64,000 nt of DNA from Candidatus Taylorbacteria bacterium RIFCSPHIGHO2_12_FULL_45_16 (GCA_001821055.1 MHRT01000001.1:27868-91867); one strand, 5' to 3'. Positions 19,145-29,988 are shown, numbered from the stretch's first letter. Made by a program: numbers and translations. Notes: generated from the letters alone by a model not told the origin.

Positions 19145-21109
19145 CTAAAAATCAATAAATAACGCTTTTGCTCCAGTTGGTTTTTCCGGAGGAGCTTGTT
19201 CTTCTATCAAATCTTGTCCAATGTCAGAGATAAATTCCGAAGGGGTATTTACTCTTTGCGCCCCATAGACTGTGCGAATCAGGGTATGACTCAAATGTAC
19301 CTTGTTTCGAGCGCGCGTCAATGCCACGTAGAATAGGCGTCGCTCTTCCTCGGCCTCCGCTGAGCTAATTCCAGCATCATCAAGGTGTTTGAAAGGAAAG
19401 AGGTCCTGCTCCAATCCGGCGATGAAAACTTGGTCAAATTCAAGGCCTTTTGAGGCGTGGACAGTCATGAGTTTTACTGCATCCCGATCCTTTACCAGAT
19501 CGTCCTGGTCGCTGGCAAGCGCGGCATTTTCAAGAAATTTCTCGATGCCAGGGAAAACAAAGTCCGACCTTAAGGTCGGACTTTGTTTTTCCTCATCATA
19601 CTGCGCCGCGACGGTCACCAATTCCCTGATGTTAAGCAGGCGTTCTTCATCCTCCGCGTCGCCACTCATAAGTAATTGTTCCATTCCAGTTTCTTTGATG
19701 ACGAATTTTACCACTTCTGATGGTTTCTTTTGCCGGATTTCCAGTTGGATATCATCAAGGAGTTTCCAAAAACCATCAATTTTGATTTTCATGGTCGGCG
19801 GCAGCAGTTCCGGTCTTTCAGACATGATCTTGGCAACCGTCGCTTTGCCTATTCCACGTGCTGGTACATTGATGATTCGGCCGACATCACCCCAAGATTC
19901 CCTGTTCAAAGCTGCGCGAATATACGACAGAACATCCTTGATCTCTTTCCGCTCGAAGAATCTCACGCCGACTAGTTGATAGGGGATGTTTTTCTTAATG
20001 AATGCTTCTTCAATGGCCCGTGATTGAAAATTCGCGCGATATAGGACCGCGATATTCCGTGGCGGTATCCCTTTTTCAATCAAATCACGCGCAGTGTCGG
20101 CGATATTTCGCGCCTCATCAAGTTCCGTATACGAAGCATTAAGTCCAATTTTTTCCCCATCAATGTTGTCAGTGTACAGTGTTTTCTTTTTTCGCAACAA
20201 ATTCTTCTCGATTACGCTATTTGCCGCGGCCAGGATGGTTTTTGTCGAACGATAATTTTTTTCCAGAGCAATGATGGCTGTTTCGGGATAATCTTTCTCA
20301 AAATTCAAGATATTCTCGATTGTTGCCCCGCGCCAACTGTAAATATTCTGATCCACGTCGCCGACCACGCAAATATTTTTGTGCGTTCCGGCCAATAATT
20401 TTGTGATTACATACTGAACCTTATTTGTATCCTGATATTCGTCTACGTGGATATATTTCCAGATGTTTTGATAATGTTTTCGAAGGGGTTCATTTTTGGC
20501 AAGCAGTGCGACAGTTTCTGAGAGGAGGTCATCAAAATCCAAAGCCTTTTCTTTTGTCAAAATTATCTCATATTTTTCCCAAATTTGAGCTGCCAATTCC
20601 TCCATGTAACTTTTTGTCGCATCAAAATACTCGAGTCGACTGATATTATCTCCCTTGGCTCGCGAAATCATGTTGAGTATTGTTCCAGGATCGAATTGTT
20701 TTGGGTCAATGGAACACTCTTGCATGGCTTGTTTTATCGCTCGACGAGAGTCGGAACGGTCGAAAATAGTGAAATGTTTGGTCAGGCCAAGTATAGCCGC
20801 GTTTTCTCGAATAATATGCACACCCAAAGCGTGAAAGGTACTCACAAAAGGACGCTCTCGTATTGAGATAGGTAGATTCAGACTCACGTCTTCGGTGAGC
20901 AGGTTCTCGATTCGGTCCCGCATTTCTTTTGCCGCTTTGTTGGTGAAGGTTATAGCCAAAATATTGGATGGGGATACGCCTTTTCTGATCAAATTGAGAA
21001 TACGATAAGTAATAACCTTGGTTTTTCCCGATCCTGCCCCAGCGACGATCAAAACTGGTCCTTCTAGGGTATTGACTGCCTGTTGCTGAGCTTTGTTGAG
21101 GGTTGTCAT
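19145..21109 (-). CDS. pcrA: ATP-dependent DNA helicase UvrD/PcrA
   Basis: AGAGSGKT, VDEYQDTN, NYRST, TVHASKGLEF, EERRLFYVALTRA. Confidence 0.96.
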   Translation of the reverse strand: MTTLNKAQQQAVNTLEGPVLIVAGAGSGKTKVITYRILNLIRKGVSPSNILAITFTNKAAKEMRDRIENLLTEDVSLNLPISIRERPFVSTFHALGVHIIRENAAILGLTKHFTIFDRSDSRRAIKQAMQECSIDPKQFDPGTILNMISRAKGDNISRLEYFDATKSYMEELAAQIWEKYEIILTKEKALDFDDLLSETVALLAKNEPLRKHYQNIWKYIHVDEYQDTNKVQYVITKLLAGTHKNICVVGDVDQNIYSWRGATIENILNFEKDYPETAIIALEKNYRSTKTILAAANSVIEKNLLRKKKTLYTDNIDGEKIGLNASYTELDEARNIADTARDLIEKGIPPRNIAVLYRANFQSRAIEEAFIKKNIPYQLVGVRFFERKEIKDVLSYIRAALNRESWGDVGRIINVPARGIGKATVAKIMSERPELLPPTMKIKIDGFWKLLDDIQLEIRQKKPSEVVKFVIKETGMEQLLMSGDAEDEERLLNIRELVTVAAQYDEEKQSPTLRSDFVFPGIEKFLENAALASDQDDLVKDRDAVKLMTVHASKGLEFDQVFIAGLEQDLFPFKHLDDAGISSAEAEEERRLFYVALTRARNKVHLSHTLIRTVYGAQRVNTPSEFISDIGQDLIEEQAPPEKPTGAKALFIDF

Positions 21110-21335
21110 TTGGTTAGTGTATCAGAAAAACTCAAGATGGACCCATAATTGTTACAAATTTATCCTTAGTCAGTTTAATTATTGGTTTGAATATTCATAC
21201 TTTTTGTCACATTACTTGACATTAGAGCAAGTTTTGTGACTGTGTATATCTGTTATTGACAATGCTTCTCTACCTGCTACTCTGGATAAGTACCCTAACT
21301 GGTATATGTGCTAATGTGGCTTTACAGAGCCACTT

Positions 21336-22472
21336 ATGCTTTATAACTGGGGGCACCGCGCGAAGGACAGACTGCCATGGTTGACTTGCAGAAGTGAGAT
21401 ATATGTTATGCAATTTCCGTCCCTATCAACAACAAAATACTCAACTGCTTCCAAGCGTCTCGTTATTTGGACAGCGGCTTTTCTGTTATTTGTGATTGGA
21501 ATATTGATGTATTCAAAGACCGCTCACGCCGGTCTTATTTCGTACATGCAAACTATGTTTGGCGGTGGTCGTGTTTCCGCCAAGGTCATCCAAAACCAAA
21601 TCTACTCCGATTCGCGAAATTTGGCGCTCCTTCATTCGGCGGTTAGCTATGATCCAAATCCGGAAAAGCCATCAGGAGTTTCTCCCGTCGTGGGTAATAC
21701 ACTTGTGGCCGATGCTGTCTTATCTGAAGCCGTTGAAGATACGACAAGCACTCAAATTAGTTCGTATACAGTGCGTGATGGAGATACGATTTCGGGCATC
21801 GCAAAGATGTTTGGTGTTTCTGTCAATACAGTCATGTGGGCCAACAATATAAGTCGCGCATCAGCTCTTCGTGTCGGTCAGGACTTGATAATTCTGCCGG
21901 TCACCGGGATAAATTATACCCTTCAAAAAGGAGACACGATCAAAGGTATCGCGTTGAAATACAAGGCTGATGTTGATGAAATACTTCGATATAATGATCT
22001 TTCTTTAAATTCCACTCTCATTGTCGGACAAAACATCATTATTCCCGACGCAGAATTACAAATAGTTGTTCCAACTAAAGGCGTAGTTAAGAATAATCCC
22101 GCGCACAACACAAACGGTCCCGATTACGGAAATTACTATATTCGTCCGGTTCAGGGCGGCGTAAAAACCCAAGGACTTCATGGATATAATGGCATAGACA
22201 TCGCAAGTCCTGTCGGTACGCCGATATATGCTTCAGCCGCCGGAAAAGTTCTTGTCAGCATAAGCGGTGGTTGGAATGGCGGGTACGGGAATTTGGTTAT
22301 CATCTCGCATGACAATGGAACCCAAACTTTGTATAGCCATCTCTCCAAAAATCTTGTTAAGGTCGGTCAATATGTGGAACAAAATCAAAGGATTGCCTTT
22401 ATGGGAGCGACCGGCAAAGTAACTGGACCACATCTGCATTTTGAGATTCGCGGAGCGAAAAATCCATTCTGA
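21336..22472 (+). CDS. LysM-domain M23 peptidoglycan endopeptidase (true start may be ~21408)
   Basis: Two LysM repeats; H...GIDI, GYGN, YSHL, TGPHLHFE. Confidence 0.93.
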   Translation: MLYNWGHRAKDRLPWLTCRSEIYVMQFPSLSTTKYSTASKRLVIWTAAFLLFVIGILMYSKTAHAGLISYMQTMFGGGRVSAKVIQNQIYSDSRNLALLHSAVSYDPNPEKPSGVSPVVGNTLVADAVLSEAVEDTTSTQISSYTVRDGDTISGIAKMFGVSVNTVMWANNISRASALRVGQDLIILPVTGINYTLQKGDTIKGIALKYKADVDEILRYNDLSLNSTLIVGQNIIIPDAELQIVVPTKGVVKNNPAHNTNGPDYGNYYIRPVQGGVKTQGLHGYNGIDIASPVGTPIYASAAGKVLVSISGGWNGGYGNLVIISHDNGTQTLYSHLSKNLVKVGQYVEQNQRIAFMGATGKVTGPHLHFEIRGAKNPF

Positions 22473-22496
22473 ACAAGCGAAAAATAGATCCACCTC

Positions 22497-24020
22497 TCAG
22501 ATATTTTCACGGTATTGAAGTGCTTCGAGCACGAATTCTTTTTCAACGCAATCTTTGCCAGCCAAATCGGCGATAGTTTGAGCGACTTTGATGACTCGAT
22601 GGAACGCTCTGCCAGACAGGCTTAATTTCTCAGCTGATATTCTAAGGATATTTCGGGCGGATTCATCAATTTGCACATATTTTTCAATATCTTCGGCACC
22701 CATTTCACTGTTGTAGTATATATGCCTGTCATGCGCGTGAAAGCGGTTTACTTGGCGCGTTCGGGCCGAAATAATTCGGGAGCGAATCGTCTCCGACCGC
22801 TCCGCCTCGTAATGAGAAGCCGCCAAACGATTATAATCAATTTTTGCCACAGAAATCCAAATGTCAATGCGGTCCATTATTGGTTTTGAAAGGCGTTGCC
22901 TATAGCAAGCTATGACTCTCTCCGAACAGGTGCATCCGGCGTCTTTGCCGAGCCCGCATGGGCACGGATTCATGGAGGCTATCAGCATGCATTGTGCTGG
23001 GAATGTGAGCGTGCCGCGTGCGCGAGATATGGTGATGATCCTATCTTCAAGCGGTTGTCTGAGAGCTTCCAATACATCCCGATCAAATTCGGGCAACTCA
23101 TCCAAATACAACACGCCACGGTGAGCCAGTGTTATTTCCCCTGGTTTTGGAAAACTGCCACCCCCGATGATTGATGGATATGAAGCGGTATGATGCGGCG
23201 CGCGAAACGGAGGATGTGTTATGAGTTCTGATCCGAGCATTCGAGCGGCTGAATGTATACCAGTGACTTCTACGGCTTGTTCGTATGAGAGTCTTGGAAG
23301 TATTGAACGCGCACTTTTGGCCAGCATTGTTTTTCCGGTACCCGGAGGTCCGCACATAATAATATTATGCGCTCCTGCCATCGCTATTTCGAGACCTCGT
23401 TTGGCAGTCTCATTGCCACGTATGTGTGCCATGTCCGGCTCATATGTTTGAGTTTCTTCATTTTCCGGTATGACCGCGTGAATTAATGGCTTGAGATGCT
23501 TCGCGTGCACGCAATGATCTATGATGTCACGCATAGAAGAGATGGCATACAATGTCATATCTTGCACCAGTGAAGCCTCGGTACTGTTGTCTCTTGGTAT
23601 AAACGCCGTGGTGAATCCATGCTTTTTCGCTTGACACAAAATGGGCAGAATGCCGCTGACTTTGCGCACACTTCCGTCAAGTGATAATTCTCCCAGGAAC
23701 AGTTTTCTCTCGGCGTCAAGTTCTAGATGTTCGGCGGCCGAGACATAGGCCAACGCCATGGCCAAATCGAACGAAGGTCCCTCTTTGCGCATATCGGCCG
23801 GGGCCAAAGATATAGTTACTTTTTGATTTTTTTGTTTTGGCGATATATACCCACTATTTTTTATCGCGGCCGATATCCGGTCCTTGGCTTCATCAATGGC
23901 ACGATCGCCAAGTCCGACGATGGAAAATGAATGAAGACCATTGGAGATGTCTATCTCAATGGTTATGATTTCCATGCGCAAGCCGATAAGTTGAGCGCTA
24001 TAAGTTTTTGTTATCGCCAT
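22497..24020 (-). CDS. comM: ComM / YifB Mg-chelatase-like AAA+ ATPase
   Basis: GPPGTGKT, PFRAPHH, PGEITLAHRGVLYLDE, MNPCPCG. Confidence 0.93.
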   Translation of the reverse strand: MAITKTYSAQLIGLRMEIITIEIDISNGLHSFSIVGLGDRAIDEAKDRISAAIKNSGYISPKQKNQKVTISLAPADMRKEGPSFDLAMALAYVSAAEHLELDAERKLFLGELSLDGSVRKVSGILPILCQAKKHGFTTAFIPRDNSTEASLVQDMTLYAISSMRDIIDHCVHAKHLKPLIHAVIPENEETQTYEPDMAHIRGNETAKRGLEIAMAGAHNIIMCGPPGTGKTMLAKSARSILPRLSYEQAVEVTGIHSAARMLGSELITHPPFRAPHHTASYPSIIGGGSFPKPGEITLAHRGVLYLDELPEFDRDVLEALRQPLEDRIITISRARGTLTFPAQCMLIASMNPCPCGLGKDAGCTCSERVIACYRQRLSKPIMDRIDIWISVAKIDYNRLAASHYEAERSETIRSRIISARTRQVNRFHAHDRHIYYNSEMGAEDIEKYVQIDESARNILRISAEKLSLSGRAFHRVIKVAQTIADLAGKDCVEKEFVLEALQYRENI

Positions 24021-24135
24021 ACCCAAACAATATCAGAGAGCGATAAAGAAACGCTGAAGAAGCGATAAAGTTTTGCTGGAGTTGTCTTTTCAGGTCCAAT
24101 TTACACGAATATTTTCAAGCGTGATGGTAAATAAA

Positions 24136-24507
24136 TTAAGGATGCGTGTGTTTGATTGAGATTCTAGCTGAAGGATTGGCCAGAAGGCGGTCTTCCTCAA
24201 TCGGTTTTCCGCAAATTTCACATATGCCGTACGTCCCTTTTTCTATGCGTTCAAGAGCCGCGGAGACTTCCGTTAGCTGTTTCTCGAGCTGGTCGACAAT
24301 ACCCGTGTTGTCTTCCAGCTCCTCAAGCTTATCTGCCACCTCATTTTCGTCGGCTGCGTCTATCTCCATACTGCCAGTCGTGGCTTCCCAACCGCCGGCG
24401 CTTGATGGGTCACGGTGACCGATACCTCCCAGCTGACTTTCCAGGTCGGTTTTTTCCGAGAGCAGTTTCTTTTTTGCCTGTTCGATCATTTTTATATTCA
24501 TGGGCAT
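24136..24507 (-). CDS. DksA/TraR family protein
   Basis: ALERIEKGTYGICEICGKPIEEDRL.ANP. Confidence 0.85.
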   Translation of the reverse strand: MPMNIKMIEQAKKKLLSEKTDLESQLGGIGHRDPSSAGGWEATTGSMEIDAADENEVADKLEELEDNTGIVDQLEKQLTEVSAALERIEKGTYGICEICGKPIEEDRLLANPSARISIKHTHP

Positions 24508-24510
24508 ATC

Positions 24511-26001
24511 CTATCTTATAAAAGATTGTTTTTCAAGCTTGTTTAGTATTTCAATCAGGGTTGATTCTTTTTTGGTAAAAACCAGATGGGTATTGTCTAT
24601 GAATGAATACAGGAACAAAATCTCTCCAGTATCGGCGCGGAAAGCACGCACATCTTTGTTTTTGATGATGCGGTCCTCAAATCTTCCTCTGATAGTCAGG
24701 TATTGTCTAAGCGGCTCAACGATCTCCACAGTTGAAGACCCTGTGGTATTTGTTGATGTGGCGAGTATCAAGATGCTGGTGTTTGTGGCCGTCGCCGTGC
24801 CTGCTAACGGCAATATAGAATCAATGCCGATGAGCATATTGTTAGTTGTTGTCGAAATCGGAGTTGGGTTGTTGGATATGCCGACTATCGTGTCAGAGTA
24901 CAAGTATTGTCTAAGGTCATCGGCCATCACTCTTTCCCATTGCAACATGCCGGCAAAAGCATTCTGGAAGAAATTTGTCGTACCCACAATAAAAATATTC
25001 TTATTGTTATTTATATCGTTGTATACTCCGAACATCCAACTCTCAGCCAGTGATCGAGACAAAATATCAGGAGCGTTGATTTCAAATGTTTTGATTATGT
25101 CGGGCGCTGAAACGCGGCTGAGGGATCCAGTCGCGTCTTTTTTGGTGATGATGAATTCAATGATCGTGTCTGGTGTTCGTATTCCACTGATTTCATTCAA
25201 GATATGTCGACGAATTGACATCGGATTTTGGTTGTCTATCGTTATAACGATTTGGTCTACAGATGGAATGAAACCAGGGGTCGCTTTTTGCGGTTGAACG
25301 GCCGGAATTATCGGGGCCAAGGCGCTATTGCTGTAGAGATAATATGCGCCATACGCTCCGCCAACAAGTAACAGCAGACCAACAATGGTCATCGTGATTT
25401 TTCTTCCAATATGACTCGGGACCTCGTCGCTGATTATTTCGCTTCCCTGTTGTTTTTGACTTTCGGCTATGGCAATGGAAGCAGTTGATATTTTTTTGTG
25501 TGACATTACTTCGGCAACGTCACTTTCGTAAGTGCGTACGGGTTTGGCTATATTTTGAGGTGTGGCTTCCGGTATTTGTCTGTTTTGTTGAGGGATTTCA
25601 GGGACTTTGGCAAATTGGGTGGGTTGTGCTTCTGGTTTTTGAGTGGGAATTGGGATGAGACTGGGAGTTTGTTTTGCAGAAAAGTCTTTTGGCGCGGCGA
25701 CATTGGCTGTCTCTGGTTTCACAAACCCCCGATATTGCTGAACGCCGGCGACTTGTGTGGCCGGAGCAAAAGGGCTTGGATCAAATGTGCCGATTTTCTG
25801 GTCCAGCAGTTCAGTTTTCGGTTGCGGTGCCGGTGATTTTTGCGGTGCCGGTGTTTGTTTGATGAAATCTTCGCTTGATATGGGAGAAATACTGTCTTCT
25901 GAAATGTCAAAAATATGTTCGGCTGAATTTCCGCTACCATTACCGACCGCTGGTTCGTCGGGCGGTTTGGAATTATTTGGTTGAAGATCTTGTAGATCCA
26001 T
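24511..26001 (-). CDS. Single-pass membrane protein with Pro/Gln-rich cytoplasmic N-terminus
   Basis: RTYESDV motif, TM at ~aa 200, AFAGMLQWE, F.D.IIKNKDVR. Confidence 0.75.
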   Translation of the reverse strand: MDLQDLQPNNSKPPDEPAVGNGSGNSAEHIFDISEDSISPISSEDFIKQTPAPQKSPAPQPKTELLDQKIGTFDPSPFAPATQVAGVQQYRGFVKPETANVAAPKDFSAKQTPSLIPIPTQKPEAQPTQFAKVPEIPQQNRQIPEATPQNIAKPVRTYESDVAEVMSHKKISTASIAIAESQKQQGSEIISDEVPSHIGRKITMTIVGLLLLVGGAYGAYYLYSNSALAPIIPAVQPQKATPGFIPSVDQIVITIDNQNPMSIRRHILNEISGIRTPDTIIEFIITKKDATGSLSRVSAPDIIKTFEINAPDILSRSLAESWMFGVYNDINNNKNIFIVGTTNFFQNAFAGMLQWERVMADDLRQYLYSDTIVGISNNPTPISTTTNNMLIGIDSILPLAGTATATNTSILILATSTNTTGSSTVEIVEPLRQYLTIRGRFEDRIIKNKDVRAFRADTGEILFLYSFIDNTHLVFTKKESTLIEILNKLEKQSFIR

Positions 26002-26020
26002 CGTCTAACATTATAGCTTA

Positions 26021-28225
26021 CTAGTACCTCTTCTTGAAGTCCTTTCTATGTCCGTGATCACCCATTGGCTTGGGCATTTCTTCCTTCTTGGTGAAGAAAT
26101 CAGGATTTGCGGACTTGATTGAAAGATTTAAACGACCCTTGTCATCAACTTCTTTGACCATAACAGGGACTTTGTCGCCTTCTTTGAGGTAAGTTTCTAC
26201 GCGTTCAACTCGGAATGGTGCGATTTCGGAGACATGGACTAGGCCTTCGGCATTCGGACCGATCTTCACAAAAGCGCCAAAGTCCATGAGGCGCACAACC
26301 TCCCCGTCGTATTTTTCTCCTGGCATGTATTCGCGTGTCATATTGAAGATAATTTCTCTGGCTTTAGCGGCGGTCTCGTTTTTACCGGTAATGAATATTG
26401 AACCGTCATCTTCAATGGTGATGTCATCCACATGAGTCACATCGCGAATTTCGTTTATAGTCTTGCCACCGGTACCGATGACTAGGCCGATTTGTTCGGG
26501 TTTGATCTTCATTACGAAGATTTCCGGAGCATTTGGTGAAATCTTTTCGCGCGGAGCTGGAATTTCTTTTTCTATGACATCCAAAATCTTGAAACGGGCG
26601 ACTTTCGCTTTTTCAAATGCCTCAACCAGTATTCCGAGTGGAATCCCTCCAACTTTTACATCCATCTGAACCGCTGTAATACCTTGTCGTGTCCCGGCAA
26701 CCTTGAAGTCCATGTCGCCATGATGGTCTTCAGGTCCTTGTATATCGGTCAAAACTTTATAATCGTAATTTTCAACTGCCCCCTTCCTTGCTTCCTTGCT
26801 TCCTTGCTTCCTTGCTTTTTCTTTCATCATCAAGCCAGAGGCAATCCCAGCCACCGGCGCTTTGATCGGAACGCCACCGTCCATGAGCGCCAGTGTTGAA
26901 CCGCAAACCGAACCCATGGAGGTGGAGCCGTTTGAAGCCATGGCTTCAGAAACGAGGCGGATTGTATATGGGAATTTGTCTTTGTCAGGGATGACCGCGG
27001 TCAACGCTTTTTCCGCCAGAGCGCCGTGGCCGATCATTCGGCGGTTGGTACTGCCGACGCGGCCGGTTTCACCGGTTGAGAATGGTGGGAAATTGTAATG
27101 GTGCATAAAACGCTTTTTTTCTTGGACAATCAGACCATCAATTACTTGCGCGTCGCCAGGACTGCCGAGCGTGAGAGCGGAAAGAATATGCGTGCCGCCG
27201 CGATAAAATATGCCTGATCCATGGAGAATAGGCGAAATTCCCCCAGCCTTGGCGAATAGCGGACGAACTTCATCCATACCGCGTCCATCCGCGCGTTTGT
27301 CGTTCCTGATCGCCTCGTCATGAAGCAAATCATTGACCGCTTCCTCAAATATTTCTTGTGCCATGCCGATATTTCCCTCTGGCATTTTCTCTGTGAACAA
27401 TTTGGTCCACACACCTTTGATTTCGTCAATTCTTTCATGGCCAGGTTGGTTGCCTATGACATACTGCTTTAGCCGAGGTTCCACCTCGGTATCAAAGAGT
27501 TCCTGCGTTCCAGGAGTCGGCTCAGGCAATGTCACCATCACCTTAGGTTTACCGATTTCAGAAATAATTTTATCCTGCCAGACCTGGACCTTCTCGATTT
27601 CTGTTGACGCGCGAGTCAGAGCTTCATTCATAATCGTCTCATCAACTTCTTTGCTAGCCACTTCTATCATATTTATCATGTTATCTTTGCCGCAGGCTAC
27701 CATTTCCATGACGACACCCGCCTCTTCGCGAGCTTTGAAGTCCGGATTGATTAGCCAATCTCCGTTTTTGCCGACGCGCACTGCGGAAACAGGTCCATTC
27801 CACGGGATATCAGAGACGCCCAAAGCAAGCGAAGCGGCGATGACGGAAACCACGTCGGGGTCGTCTTGGTCTATTGAAAGTGTTGTTATAATAACCTGCA
27901 CCTCATTGCGGATTTTTTGGTTGAATAATGGGCGAATAGTACGATCGACGATCCTTCCAGATAGAATTGCTTCTGTTGATGGCCGGCCCTCTCTGCGGAT
28001 GAATCGCGAACCGAGGATTTTACCGGTGGCGTAAAACCTTTCTTCATAATCAACGGTCAATGGGAAGAAGTCTCCATCTTTCAAATCGCCCATCACGGCA
28101 GTGGCTAGGACGGTGGTATTACCATAGCGAAGCATGACCGAGCCGTTGGCCTGATCTGCAAGGTCGTTGAACTCTGCGGTCAATGTCTTGCCGCCGACTT
28201 CAAGCGAGTATTCTTTTTTGTTCAT
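26021..28225 (-). CDS. pnp: Polyribonucleotide nucleotidyltransferase
   Basis: FFPLTVDY, RREGRP, SNGSTSM, GDMDFKVAGT, KH and S1 domains. Confidence 0.99.
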   Translation of the reverse strand: MNKKEYSLEVGGKTLTAEFNDLADQANGSVMLRYGNTTVLATAVMGDLKDGDFFPLTVDYEERFYATGKILGSRFIRREGRPSTEAILSGRIVDRTIRPLFNQKIRNEVQVIITTLSIDQDDPDVVSVIAASLALGVSDIPWNGPVSAVRVGKNGDWLINPDFKAREEAGVVMEMVACGKDNMINMIEVASKEVDETIMNEALTRASTEIEKVQVWQDKIISEIGKPKVMVTLPEPTPGTQELFDTEVEPRLKQYVIGNQPGHERIDEIKGVWTKLFTEKMPEGNIGMAQEIFEEAVNDLLHDEAIRNDKRADGRGMDEVRPLFAKAGGISPILHGSGIFYRGGTHILSALTLGSPGDAQVIDGLIVQEKKRFMHHYNFPPFSTGETGRVGSTNRRMIGHGALAEKALTAVIPDKDKFPYTIRLVSEAMASNGSTSMGSVCGSTLALMDGGVPIKAPVAGIASGLMMKEKARKQGSKEARKGAVENYDYKVLTDIQGPEDHHGDMDFKVAGTRQGITAVQMDVKVGGIPLGILVEAFEKAKVARFKILDVIEKEIPAPREKISPNAPEIFVMKIKPEQIGLVIGTGGKTINEIRDVTHVDDITIEDDGSIFITGKNETAAKAREIIFNMTREYMPGEKYDGEVVRLMDFGAFVKIGPNAEGLVHVSEIAPFRVERVETYLKEGDKVPVMVKEVDDKGRLNLSIKSANPDFFTKKEEMPKPMGDHGHRKDFKKRY

Positions 28226-28456
28226 AGTGTTTGTCCAAGGTTCGACCTCGGAATTCGCCCCAAGATTTCAGCTTTGAATGAATCGCGCAACAGCGAGTGC
28301 CTTGCGGCGTTTCAAATCTGCCTATCCGGGGGCGAGTTAACTTGTAAAGTGCTGGGTGGACAGCGGAGGTACTGTAGCATGGTTTTTTGGGTTTTTCCAC
28401 TGGTTGCTTATATATTAATATTCAGGTATAAATCAAACAAATCTGAATTTTTTACA

Positions 28457-28939
28457 ATGAATGCTGAAATTATCATCCCAACAGTTATTTTAAGTGCTGA
28501 CCGGTCGATGGTCTATAGACCGCCAATACGGATTCCAGAATGGGCTGTCGCTTGGGTATTTCCAGAGCTTCAACAAGTTGCTAGGCCAAAACTTGATCTT
28601 GGAAGGGTCACTTGTTTTTCTGAGTATTTTGTTGAAAAGGAAATTGTTCCCGGCTTTGAATTTTTCGAGCATCTCAAAAAGATGTCACTAATCAGTCGGT
28701 GCCTCAATTTTCCTGACGGCGTGTCAATTGCGGCTTATGAGTATTGTTGGTATGAGTTCAAAGCTAAAAGAGTTTTTCTCTGGCAATCGGTTGTTCACGA
28801 TGGCCACCAGAATCTCTTTGTGCCGTGGGTTCAGAATATTCGAGGTCAGATGCCGATTATCTACTGGCATTTGCTCGAACGTTTTTTCAGTCCTGGCTAC
28901 AACATCAATGTGAAAAATAGTTTGGGCCTTCTGGTTTGA
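28457..28939 (+). CDS. Hypothetical protein (start uncertain)
   Basis: Open frame followed by a GC hairpin and U-tract at 28956-28998. Confidence 0.45.
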   Translation: MNAEIIIPTVILSADRSMVYRPPIRIPEWAVAWVFPELQQVARPKLDLGRVTCFSEYFVEKEIVPGFEFFEHLKKMSLISRCLNFPDGVSIAAYEYCWYEFKAKRVFLWQSVVHDGHQNLFVPWVQNIRGQMPIIYWHLLERFFSPGYNINVKNSLGLLV

Positions 28940-29151
28940 ATCTGTCGCTTGCACCCCGCGCTCCTTTGCAAAAACAGAGGCGCGCGGTTTTTATTTTACC
29001 CTCTTCAACGCCTTGATCACCTCATCGATAGGAACTCCACCTTTTCGGATCTTCGTAAAATCAATCACTGTTTTCCATTTACCCATTATTTTGCGATCGA
29101 TACTGACAACTTTTTTGTTATTCAAGTTTTTATTCATCTATAAATGTAAAA

Positions 29152-29988
29152 TTAAGATCGTTTCCCATTCAGTTTTTTATTCTCTACGTTCTTCAAATAA
29201 TTCCCCTTCGAAACCACCGATCTTCCTAGTCTTTCCTCAAGCTTCTTCCGTGCTCCACCGGCAATGTCACCGCCTGCTTTGGCGTCAGATTTCAATTTAG
29301 GTAGACCCTTTGAGTCTTCGGTGCGATGAATCTCTGTGGTTGCGCGTTCACCGAGCATGTTGAATATGAGTTCAAAATCATCCATGTGGTCGCGGAGATT
29401 TTCTCGTTCCAACCCCTTCAATTCTTTGTATTCTCTTGGAGTAACGCCGAATGTTGCCTTGGAAATTTCGGCAGTCAAGATTTCGTAGTCTTTTGCCTCT
29501 TGTGCGCCGCGGTTCTTCCGTTCGTTTGTTAATTCTTCACGGATAACTATGCCTCGCATGCGCTTTTCTATCCAAGAGTCGCTGTAGCCTTTTGATACAT
29601 ATAAGGCGCGGGTGCGTTTGGTTGCCAATTCAGGGTCTTCAATATCTTGGATACGTTCGTAGCCGACTCTTGCTAGCCAACGTTTGATCGATTCTACCTT
29701 GGGAGATGGTATGGATTGAACAATACGAAACATGGCTTAGGTATTGGCGCAGTCAGTTTCTCGCATTTTACCGTCGGGAGCTTCAAGTTTCAACTGTCTA
29801 CAAATTGTAGACAGTTCAATTCCATCTTCCAATTTAACCCTTGTTTTCATTGCATTCCAATAAACACGCGGGTTTTCACTTTCTGTAAGAGATTTGATTA
29901 TGTCGACAATAGAAAACCACCATTCGTCGTTGTGAATGATTCTACGTATCCCAATCCCCCTAAATAATACAATCTTGGTATTTTCCAT
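29152..29988 (-). pseudogene. Bro-N domain (phage antirepressor-like) protein interrupted by in-frame TAA
   Basis: ...ETDCANT*AMFRIVQSIPSPK... continuous frame; stop at 29737-29739. Confidence 0.85.

Noticed and set aside
29737-29739. Stop-codon reassignment (alternative genetic code)
   Set aside because: TAA, TAG and TGA all terminate conserved genes elsewhere; this is an isolated nonsense change
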